Below, in pieces: positions 52,011 to 64,000 of a stretch of 64,000 nt of DNA. Each line of letters begins with the position of its first letter. Positions within the stretch are counted from its first letter, which is position 1. Position numbers and translations under genes: made by a program. This stretch comes from Eledone cirrhosa (taxonomy: Eukaryota): contig OZ024743.1 of NCBI GenBank assembly GCA_964016885.1, positions 326,926,001 to 326,990,000 on the forward strand. Direction: 5' to 3'. Under the pieces are notes generated by a model. The model had not been told where the DNA came from, ran no database searches, and was given only the letters and a program-made list of their open reading frames with translations.

Positions 52011-55000
52011 TACATATGAGGGCTGCCCCCTCGTTATCGAGTATGGCCATTGCACGAAGAGAAAGAAAAAAAAAAAAATAATAATAATAAATAAATAAAA
52101 AGAAAATAAAAATAAAAAAAAAAGAAATATATATATATACATATACATACACATATACACACATACATTAATAACAATAATAATAATAACAACAATAATA
52201 ATAACGACAACAACAACAATAATATACATATACATATATATATACACACACACGCACACACATAAGCATATCTACACACACACACATAAACACGATAGCA
52301 ACTAACAGCGCTGCGATCGAATGTGGCTTTTTAGCCCAGCTAATGATCTAAAATGTCTTGCACAGAGTCGGCAACCAAAACATTCACTGGGAATAGTCGG
52401 CTGTGGTTGGAGTTCGTGTTCTTTTGCATGTCGCTTGAGCCCTCCTGCTGATTTACATTCTCTACCACATGTTTGGCAAGCATGATGAGTAGCATCTCCA
52501 ACAGCAGCCTGGTAGTCAACCACTGGTCTTACTTTATGACTGCGAAGATGACTTTCGAGTCCAGCTTTGCTTAGGCAGAGTTTCGCACATACGCTGCATG
52601 TCAGCACCATAGGAGGACCCTCACCGTCTGGAAGTGCAACAGCAATGCCCTTCCTCACATCCCGCTTCACTTTCTCGTATGCGATTCGAGATGCGTCAAA
52701 GGCAACATTTCCCTCATATACAGTCTTTCTCCATTTATTACGATCAGCAGCAATATTCTCCCATGTATCAGCAGAGATGTTAACGTCTTTCAGAGAGGCT
52801 TTCAAGGAATCCTTATACCTCTATTTTGGTTTATGTGGCGGTCGTTTTCCTTTAACCAACTCTCCATAAAAGAGTTGTTTTGGTACTCTAGAATCCTTCA
52901 TTCTGGCAAGGTGACCACTCCAACAGAGTCGTTGCTTAAGCACAAGAGCTTCTATACTGTCACACATAGAGCTTTCCAAAATCTCGACATCACTGATGTG
53001 GTCCCTCCAGTGAACGCCATGGATCCGTCTGAGACACATCTGATGGAAACGCTCCAATTGCTTAAGGTGGTGTCGATATGTGACCCAGGTCTCGCAGGCA
53101 TAAAGAAGACAAGAGAGCACACATGCCCTATACACCTTTACCTTTGTCCTCCTGCATATGTCTTGCCGACCCCAGAGTCGCCTTTCTAGCTTTCCGAAAG
53201 CATCACTTGCTTTCCTAATCCTAAGTGAGATTTCACTGTCAAGGTTGTTGTATCGATTGACAGTGCTTCCCAGGTAGACAAACTGATCAACCACTCCAAG
53301 TCGTTTGCCATACACATAGATGTTTGGTTCAGTGTACTGCTTACCAGGGGCAGGTTCGTACATGACGATGGTTTTCTTGAGACTGACAGTCAAACCCAGG
53401 GCAGTGCAAGCGTCAGAAAATGCATTCAAAATGTGCTTCATATCACTCTCTGTGTGCGCTACAAGATCGCAATCATCTGCATACAAGAGGTCTCTTCTGA
53501 TTGATGTAAATACTTTTGTCTTCGCAGCAAAGCGCCTGATGTTAAATATGCTGCCTGAGGTTCGATATCGGATGTAAACACCATGCTCGCAATTCTTGAA
53601 TGCAATACAGAAAACCATTGCAAAGTATATGGCAAACAGGGTCAGTGCTGGAATATCCCCCTGTTTCACTCCATTTTTTACTGAGATAGGCTCCGACATC
53701 TTACCTCCGACATTAACCCAAGCCTTCATGTCGTCATGGAAAGATCTAACTAAAGCAAGGAACTTATCAGGGCAACCAAGTTTCTGGAGAACCTTCCATA
53801 ATGCATCTCTGTTAACAGTATCGAAAGCTTTTGTCAGATCGACAAAAACCTGATACAGATCCAAGCCTTGTTCCATGCACTTCTCCTGGAGCTGTCTAGC
53901 TGAGAAGATCATATCAGTAGTGCCGCGTCCAGCACGAAAACCAGATTGACTTTCAGGAAGAACACAATCTGCAATGTGTGTCAGCAGACGGTCCAGAAGC
54001 ACCCTACATAAAACTTTCCCTACGACAGAAAGCAATGATATACCTCTATAGTTCCCACAATCGTTCCTGTTACCCTTTCCCTTGTACAAGACCACCATTA
54101 CTGCATCTCTCCAGTCCTCAGGTATGGATTCATTAGCCCATATCCTGCCAAACAAAGAGTGAAGATGTTGCAGGAGTCTCTCACCACCATATTGTAGAAG
54201 CTCTGCATGTTTGCCATCCATACCTGGAGATCTTCCACTGTTCAGCTTCGAAATAGCCACTGCAACCTCAACAAGCGTCGGAGGTTCTGCGAGAGCTACT
54301 TTCACAGGACTTTCTGGAATGAGATTGAGGAAATCTTCACTGACGACAGACGGCTGATTCAAAAGATCATCAAAGTGCTCTCGCCACCTTCGTAGAATTC
54401 CTTGTGAGTCACGAAGAAGTTCTTTGCCATCCTTGCTGCGAAACGGTGTCACCAGAGAAGAAGATGGTCCATAAACCTCACGCAAGAGACTGTACAACAG
54501 CTTTGTGTTATTGGAATCTGACGCAGTTTGTATCTCACCAGCCTTCTCACTCCACCACTGATCCTTCACGTGATTTTACATCCCTGAGTTCCTCATGCAA
54601 CGTATTCCTCTCCTGTGGTTTTGCCGTCAAGTAGCGTAACAGAGCACGCCTCTTATCAGCCAACAAGTCTTCTATATGTACATCATTCTCATTAAACCAG
54701 TCCTGATGTTTTCTCTGCAACAATCCCAGAACACGCCTGCCTACATCATAAACCAACTTTTTAAGGGTCGGCCAATCCTCACCAAGATCTGCAGCCTGCA
54801 TCTCTTCTTCCAATGTCCTCTTCACATTTTTATCCTTAAGACGAGCAGCATTCAATCTTTTGGGCAGGGCAACACCAGGAGCCTGGATTTTATGTTTAGT
54901 GATTAGTTTTACTTTTGCGCGTACCAGGCGGTGGTCCGTCCAGCACTCAGCTCCACGAAGAACACGAACACACTGCACATCCTGTCTGTCACGCATCCTG

Positions 55001-55565
55001 ACTAGGACGTAGTCCAAAAGATGCCATTCCTTAGATGCAGGATGCATCCATGTGGTCTTGAATTTGTTCTTTTGTTGGAACATGGTGTTGGTAACACACA
55101 GATCCAGCTCCTCACACATCTGCAGCAGGAACATACCATTGCTGTTACACTTTCCCACCCCATGCCTTCCGATTACATTCCATGTGTTAAAATCCCTACC
55201 CACTCTAGCATTAAAGTCACCAAGCACGATGACTTTGTCTGCCTGAGGGATATTTCTTAAAACACCTTTCAAGGCATGGTAAAAGGACACCTTTTCCTCA
55301 TCGACAGAACTCATAGTTGGAGCATACACACTCACCAGGGTAGCATATCTTCCCTTGTCCAGCGGAATTCTCATGGACATAAGACGCTCACTAATCCCTA
55401 CTGGGAATTCTTCTAATTTATTCACAAGCACAGTCTTAACAGCAAATCCTACCCCAGCCTCTCTTCTGGTTCCTTCATCTCTTCCTTTCCAGAAGAATGT
55501 TTATTCTCCACAAAATTCCGTAAGATGACCATCTCCAGCTAGCCTCGTCTCAGATAAAGCCACGT
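52011..55565 (-). mobile_element. RTE-BovB-like LINE, near full length, disrupted, with three C-terminal C2H2-type fingers
   Basis: APE (ALSETR, VYAPT, GDFNARVG, LDY, TDH), RT (NYRGISLL, DLTKAFD, YADD), fingers in 52302..52805; frameshift near 54570, stops at 52821 and near 55502; 3' stem-loop ctcgataacgag. Confidence 0.95.
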
Positions 55566-56011
55566 AAATTTTCTAAAAATTTTTAAGGGGATCTCTTAGA
55601 AAAATTTTTTTTTCTTTTGAAGGAATTTTTTAGGAAACTTTTTATTTTTATTTTTTTTATTCTCTTAATCTCTTCTGGTTAGTTAGGTTTATTGGGGCTT
55701 ATAAGCTTTATGCGCTTATTGAGGGATTTTTTAAGGTGCTTTTACGAGATCCCAAGTCTTTTACTTTTAATGCGTAACTTATAAATTCTTTAATTTTTAA
55801 CCTTCAATCCCTAACTCTTAGGCCCTTTTCAAATTCTCTTAACTCCCTATAACCGATCCCTTTTACAACTCCTACAACTAATATAAAAGAGCCCCCTTAC
55901 AATATAGACCCCAAATATACAAGCGGAGCTGTTGATGTATACCACAATTTCAAACTGCTAATCTTGAGTGAAACGTTGATGTAAATAATGAACTTACAAT
56001 CACTTGTTATA

Positions 56012-56058
56012 TGCCTTGAAAAGTCCCACCATATGGTCGGACGAAACGGCTGTCGGCA
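56012..56058 (+). ncRNA. Type I minimal hammerhead ribozyme motif, U3-A8 variant (Penelope pLTR-type)
   Basis: Stem I tgcc/ggca; core TTGAAAA 56016..56022; stem II gtcc..ggac with inner acc/ggt; GAAA 56043..56046; 1-bp stem III c-ggct-g; GUC site, cleavage after 56054; aataaa directly after. Confidence 0.75.
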
Positions 56059-56234
56059 ATAAACTTGTTGTAATGTCATAATAGTTCCTTTGTTCTTTTT
56101 CATTAATATTTCTGCTCTGCTTATATGCATAGAGCTTAACTAGCTACCATCGCATATTTGGTAGGTCAGGCGTGATCATCGCGATTTACGTACGACCTAC
56201 CATACATCTTGCTTATACATACATATATATATAC

Positions 56235-56289
<55 letters not shown>

Positions 56290-56326
56290 CATACATATAT
56301 ATATACATACATATATATATACATAC

Positions 56327-56375
<49 letters not shown>

Positions 56376-56484
56376 CATACATATATACATACATATATAT
56401 ATATATACATACATATATACATACATATATATATATATACATACATATATATATACATACATATATATATACATATATATATAC

Positions 56485-56535
<51 letters not shown>

Positions 56536-56891
56536 CATACATATATATATATACATACATATATATATATATACATATATATATATACACATATATATAT
56601 ATACATACATATATATATATACATACATATATATATATATACATACATACATATATATATACATATACACACATATATACATATATATATATATATACAC
56701 ACATATATACATATATATATATATATACATACATATATATATACATATATATATATACATACATATATATATATATATACATACATATATATATACATAT
56801 ATATATACACATACATATATATATACATATATATATACATATATATATATATATACATACATATATATATATATATACATACATATATATA

Positions 56892-56923
<32 letters not shown>

Positions 56924-57013
56924 CATACATATATATATATATATACATACATATATATATATATATACATACATATATATATACATACATATATATATAC
57001 ATACATATATATA

Positions 57014-57065
<52 letters not shown>

Positions 57066-57114
57066 CATACATATATATATACATACATATATATATACAT
57101 ACATATATATATAC

Positions 57115-57175
<61 letters not shown>

Positions 57176-57177
<2 letters not shown>

Positions 57178-57645
57178 GAAGTTGATGGAAACCGCGGAGT
57201 GGGGAGACCCAAGATGACTTGGGATGAGGTGATAAAAGCCGACCTTACCCAACTACACCTCTCAAAGTCAATGACACACGACCGTGACTTCTGGCGTCAC
57301 GCAGTAATACAGAGTACCCGACCTCCCATGGGTACATGCTGAAGCATATAAACAATATGCCCCCACACCCCTCACCGCAAGGTGGTCGTGGAGGTGCCAC
57401 GGCAAAAAAGCACCCAGCCCACACTGTAAAGTGGACGTGTAGGCACCACGAAAAAGCACCCAGCACTCACTGTAAATGAGGTTGGTGTTAGGAAGGGCAT
57501 CCAGCTGTAGAAATCAAGCCAGATCAGTTCCTGTATGAGCAAGGCATGGTCAGCCGACCAGACATGTGCCCACAACAGGACAACCCATCTAACCCATGCT
57601 AGCGTGGAAGAACGGACGTAAAACGGTGATGATGATGATGATGAT
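57176..57645 (+). mobile_element. RTE family A 3' end
   Basis: Near-identical to 42836..43307. Confidence 0.93.
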
Positions 57646-57779
57646 ATATACATATATATATATATACATATATATATACATACATATATAAATACATACA
57701 TATATATATACATACATACATACATATATACATATATATATACATACATATATATATATATACATATATATATACATAC

Positions 57780-57828
<49 letters not shown>

Positions 57829-57845
57829 CATATATATATACATAC

Positions 57846-57892
<47 letters not shown>

Positions 57893-58007
57893 CATACATA
57901 CATATATATATACATATATATATACATACATACATATATATATATACATATATATATACATACATATATATATACATACATATATATATACATACATATA
58001 TATATAC

Positions 58008-58038
<31 letters not shown>

Positions 58039-58776
58039 CATATATATATATACATACATATATATATACATACATATATATATACATACATACATATATA
58101 TATACGTACATATATATATATACATACATATATATATATACATACATATATATATACATACATATATATATACATAGGATTAGAATACTGGAGCGTGTTT
58201 GAGCGTGTCGGCTAATAAAAACTTTTGATGTATTAAAGGATTCTTTGTTTTACTCTATTAATATATATATACATATATATATACATACATATATATATAC
58301 ATACATATATATATACATACATACATATATACATACATATATATCTATATACATACATATATATATATATACATACATATATATATATACATACATATAT
58401 ATCTATATACATACATATATATCTATATATATCATCATCATCATCATCAGGTTTAGCGTCCGTGTTCCACGCTTGCATGGGTTTGGACGGGGGTTTTCCC
58501 ACTTGAGGCAAGAGTGGTTGTCTTGCTCGCATAGGACTGTCTGGCGGGTTTTCTACAGTTGGATGCCCTTCCTAACACCAACCACATTTACAGTGTGAGG
58601 CTAGGAGGTTTTTACCGTGTTGCCTACACGGCCACATTACATATATATCTATATACATAGATATATATATATACATATACATACATATATATATACATAT
58701 ACATACATATATATATACATATACATATATATATACATACATATATATATACATATACATATATATATACATATAC

Positions 58777-58809
<33 letters not shown>

Positions 58810-58847
58810 CATATATATATACATATATATACATACACATATATATA

Positions 58848-59215
58848 TAAACACCCACAAAATTGTTAACCATGTTGCCAACAACAACCCTGAGTGCCTT
58901 TTTGATTTCCATGTGTCTAACACACGTGGACATGCCCACAAAGTAGGAAAACAGCACAGTTCCCATGACTTTCGGAAACATTTTTTCACGCTCAGAGTTG
59001 CTGAAGCATGGAACAAACTACCTGCATCAGTTGTTAGCTGTCGAGACACTGCATCCTTTAAGGCCTCCATGCATTCCGAGATCCGCCAACACTACAGCTA
59101 ACACATACACACATGTACTTCCCTGACATTTGTGTATTATTCTATGTACTATATTGACGAGTTGTAGTGCACCTGAGCACTTTACACAATAATTTCATTA
59201 TTATTATTATTATTA
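58848..59215 (+). mobile_element. CR1-group 3' fragment (family of 24334..25021)
   Basis: Near-identical to 24675..25021; (tta)n tail. Confidence 0.9.
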
Positions 59216-59677
59216 TATATACATACACATATATATATATACATACATATATATATATACATACATACATATATATACATACATATACATACATATATAC
59301 ATATACATACATATATATATACATATACATACATATACATATACATACATACATATATACATATACGTACATATATATATACATATACGTACATATATAT
59401 ATACATATACATACATATATATATACATATACATATACATATACATACATATATATATACATATACATACATATATATATACATATACATACATATATAT
59501 ATACATATACATACATATCATCATCATCATCATCATCAGGTTTAGCGTCCGTGTTCCACGCTTGCATGGGTTTGGACGGGGGTTTTCCCACTTGAGGCAA
59601 GAGTGGTTGTCTTGCTCGCATAGGACTGTCTGGCGGGTTTTCTACAGTTAGATGCCCTTCCTAACACCAACCACATT

Positions 59678-59717
<40 letters not shown>

Positions 59718-60112
59718 CATATATATATCTATACATACATATATATATATACATACATATATATATCTATACATACATATATATATCTATACATACATAT
59801 ATATATCTATACATACATATATATATCTATACATACATATATATATCTATACATACATATATATATCTATACATACATATATATATATATACATACATAT
59901 ATAGATATACATACATATAGATATAGATATACATACATATAGATATACATACACATATACATATATATATACATATACATATACATACATATATATATAT
60001 ATATACATACATATATATATACATATACATATACATACATATATATATATATATACATACATATATATATATATACATACATATATATATATATACATAC
60101 ATATATATATAC

Positions 60113-60165
<53 letters not shown>

Positions 60166-60264
60166 CATACATAAATATATACATATATATATATATACAT
60201 AAATATATACATACATATATATATATACATACATATATATATATACATATATATATATACATAC

Positions 60265-60295
<31 letters not shown>

Positions 60296-60303
60296 CATAC
60301 ATA

Positions 60304-60363
<60 letters not shown>

Positions 60364-60564
60364 CATACATAAATATATACATACATATATATATACATAC
60401 ATATATATATACATACATATATATATATATACATATATATACACATATATACATATATATACACATATATATACATATATATACACATATATACACATAT
60501 ATATACATATATATACATATATACATATATATACATATATACATATATATACATATATATATAC

Positions 60565-60599
<35 letters not shown>

Positions 60600-60646
60600 C
60601 ATATATACATATATATATACATATATATATATACATATATATATAC

Positions 60647-60679
<33 letters not shown>

Positions 60680-60789
60680 CATATATATACATATATATAT
60701 ATATATACATATATATATACATATATATATACATATATATATACATATATATATATACATATATATATACATATATATATATATACATA

Positions 60790-61697
60790 GTGCTCTGGTG
60801 CAATAAGTGCCCACAAAATACTAGCTCCTTCAACTGCGCAGAGGGTTCTATAGAAATAGTGGACAGCTTCCGTTACCTGGGTGACAAAATCAGCAGTGGG
60901 GGAGGGTGCTCTGAAAGTACAGTAGCTAGAGTCAGAACTGGATGGAAAAAGTTCAGAGAGCTTATACCACTATTAGCCGCTAGAGGGTTCTCCCTAAAAA
61001 TGAAAAGCAGGTTATACGATGCCTGCATACGAACAGCAATGCTGCATGGCAGTGAGACCTGGGCATTGTGTGCAGAGGATATACGCAGACTAGAGAGGAA
61101 CGAAGCTTGCATGCTCCGCTGGATGTGCAATAGTAATATACGTGAACGGCAATAATGTACTCAGTAATAGAGAAGACCCGCCTTACCTAAATACAAAGTA
61201 AAAACCTACTACAGTCAGTAGGCATCTCTATCAAAACACCCCCCCGTCCCACCACCTCCACCCCATCCACACCGCCCCTTTCAATGTAAAGTTATGTTGG
61301 CCCCAAAACATCCAGGCCGAAACAAATGAGATCATGTAGGTGTCACGACAAAAAAACACACAGTCCACGCTGTAAATGTGGCCGTGTAGGCAACACGGTA
61401 AAAACCTCCCAGCCCCACACTTTAAATGTGGTTGGTGTTAGGAAGGGCATCCAGCTGTAGAAAACCCGCCAGACAGTCCACGCTGTAATGTGGCCGTGTA
61501 GGCAGCACGGTAAAAACCTCCCAGCCCCACACTGTAAATGTGGTTGGTGTTAGGAAGGGCATCCAACTGTAGAAAACCCGCTAGACAGTCCTATGCGAGC
61601 AAGACAACCACTCTTGCCTCAAGTGGGAAAACCCCCGTCCAAACCCATGCAAGCATGGAACACGGACGCTAAGCCTGATGATGATGATGATGATGAT
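60790..61697 (+). mobile_element. RTE family B 3' part with an internal deletion
   Basis: Matches 62359 onward; about 250 bp missing at 61152; complete 3'UTR and (gat)n tail. Confidence 0.92.
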
Positions 61698-61975
61698 ATA
61701 TATACACATATATATATATACACATATATATATATACACATATATATATATACACATATATATATATACACACATATATATATACACATATATATATATA
61801 CACATATATATATATACACATATATATATATACACATATATATATGTATATATATATATGTGTATATATATATATGTGTATATATATATATGTGTATATA
61901 TATATATGTGTATATATATATGTGTGTATATATATATATGTGTATATATATACATATATATATACATATATATAC

Positions 61976-62010
<35 letters not shown>

Positions 62011-62011
62011 C

Positions 62012-62045
<34 letters not shown>

Positions 62046-62084
62046 GTATGCATATATATATATGTATGCATATATATATATGTA

Positions 62085-62145
<61 letters not shown>

Positions 62146-62173
62146 ATATATGTATATATATATATATATATGT

Positions 62174-64000
62174 AAGTTCTAGTTTGTAGGAAAGAAAATA
62201 AGGCGGCGGTCCCATCGGGGAAATGGCCATGCTCAGTGTGTAGGAAAGGCATAGGTAGAAACTCCATTTTATGTCCCAAATGCAAAGTATGGGTGCATAA
62301 AAGATGTAGTGGGATCACAGGTAAGCTAACTAAGAACATAGATTTTACATGTGGCCGGTGCTCTGGTGCAATAAGTAGCAGCAAGTGCCCACAAAATACT
62401 AGCTCCTTCAACTGCGCAGAGGGTTCTATAGAAATAGTGGACAGCTTCCGTTATCTGGGTGACAAAATCAGCAGTGGGGGAGGGTGCTCTGAAAGTACAG
62501 TAGCTAGAGTCAGAACTGGATGGAAAAAGTTCAGAGAGCTTATACCACTATTAGCCGCTAGAGGGTTCTCCCTAAAAATGAAAGGCAGGTTATACGATGC
62601 CTGCATACGAACAGCAATGCTGCATGGCAGTGAGACCTGGGCATTGTGTGCAGAGGATATACGCAGACTAGAGAGGAACGAAGCTTGCATGCTCCGCTGG
62701 ATGTGCAATAGTAATATACGTGAACGGCAAAGCATAAACGAACTAAGGAAAAAATTAGAAATAAGAGGGATCAGATGTTGTTTACTCGAGAGAAGGCTAC
62801 GTTGGTACGGTCACGTGATGCGCATGAAAGACGACAGCTGTATAACAAAGTGCAGGGCAATAAAGATAGACGGTAGCCACGGAGTAGGCAGACCCAGAAA
62901 AACATCGGACGAGCTGATAAATTCCGACCTCACACGCTTACACCTCTCCAAGACAATGTCACTGGACCGAGACCTTTGGCGGTACTCAGTAATAGAGAAG
63001 ACCCGCCTTACCTAAATACAAAGTAAAAACCTACTACAGTCAGTAGGCACCTCTATCAAAACACCCCCCCGTCCCACCACCTCCACCCCACCCACACCGC
63101 CCCTTTCAATGTAAAGTTATGTTGGTCCCACAACATCCAGGCCGAAACAAATGAGATCGTGTAGGTGTCACGACAAAAAACACACAGTCCACGCTGTAAA
63201 TGTGGCCGTGTAGGCAACACGGTAAAAACCTCCCAGCCCCACACTGTAAATGTGGTTGGTGTTAGGAAGGGCATCCAGCTGTAGAAAACCCGCCAGACAG
63301 TCCACGCTGTAATGTGGCCGTGTAGGCAACACGGTAAAAACCTCCCAGCCCCACACTGTAAATGTGGTTGGTGTTAGGAAGGGCATCCAACTGTAGAAAA
63401 CCCGCCAGACAGTCCTATGCGAGCAAGACAACCACTCTTGCCTCAAACGAACTAAGGAAAAAATTAGAGATAAGAGGGATCAGATGTTGTTTACTCGAGA
63501 GAAGGCTGCGTTGGTATGGACACGTGATGCGCATGAAAGTCGATAGCTGTATAACAAAGTGCAGGGCAATAAAGATAGACGGTAGCCACGGAGTAGGCAG
63601 ACCTAGAAAAACCTGGGATGAGCTGATAAACTCCGACCTCACACACTTACACCTCACCAAGACAATGTCACTGGACCGAGACCTTTGGCGGTACTCAGTA
63701 ACAGAGAAGACCCGCCTTGCCAGTAGGCATCTCTAACAAAATACACCCCGTCCCGCCATCACACCCACCCCACCCACACCACCCCGTTCTATGTAAAGTT
63801 ATGTTGGTGCCGCGCCATCCAGGCCGAAACAAATGAGATCGTGTAGGTGTCACGACAAAAAAACACACAGTCCACGCTGTAATGTGGCCGTGTAGGCAAC
63901 ACGGTAAAAACCTCCCAGACCCACACTGTAAATGTGGTTGGTGTTAGGAAGGGCATCCAACTGTAGAAAACCTGCCAGACAGTCCTATGCGAGCAAGACA
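62174..64000 (+). mobile_element. Two head-to-tail RTE family B 3' parts (junction near 63445)
   Basis: ORF 62236..63015 (PHD insert, RLRWYGHV); the 3'UTR breaks at gcctcaa and restarts at aaacgaactaagg (equivalent to about 62736). Confidence 0.92.

Larger units (their letters stand above)
32594..62173. repeat. About 20 blocks of compound (TA)n/(TACA)n microsatellite (roughly 8 kb in total) separating retroelement insertions
   Basis: Largest blocks: 35951..36787, 39109..39603, 43820..44238, 47095..47560, 49712..50344, 56214..57175, 57646..58176, 59681..60789, 61698..62173. Confidence 0.97.

Noticed and set aside
55566-55890. T/A homopolymer-rich stretch (also about 29380..30350), possibly a decayed Penelope end or hypermutated DNA
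   Set aside because: Looks like low-quality consensus sequence; cannot be interpreted without reads.
32563-62411. Many long YI/YT/MYV-rich ORFs and the N-terminal extensions of the 509, 906 and 1083 aa ORFs
   Set aside because: Translations of stop-free TA/TACA microsatellite; only the LINE-derived portions are real coding sequence.
32594-64000. CRISPR-like repeat-spacer reading of the nest
   Set aside because: Blocks vary in length and sequence, inserts range from under 100 bp to 3.5 kb with LINE 3' ends, and there are no cas-like genes; nested retrotransposition explains the pattern.

Overview
AT-rich animal genomic DNA, probably an octopus-type cephalopod (inferred from tRNA/CORE SINEs with RTE tails, RTE/CR1 LINEs and (TA)n/(TACA)n load). 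It holds one clear host gene: a six-coding-exon ZFPL1 orthologue on + (6743..17858, 347 aa). Upstream lie a TSD-bounded Buster-type hAT relic and a young non-coding element with two 356-bp LTR-like repeats. From about 32.6 kb to the end, the window is almost entirely a nest of mostly young, mostly 5'-truncated retroelements (CR1-group, several RTE families, R4/Dong-like, Penelope-like, SINEs). Most of these are bounded by TA/TACA microsatellite blocks. The nest contains a 2.3-kb near-perfect inverted repeat, an RTE inserted antisense into its own family, and two Penelope-type minimal hammerhead ribozyme motifs (47985..48055, 56012..56058). Most long ORFs in the supplied track are microsatellite artefacts.
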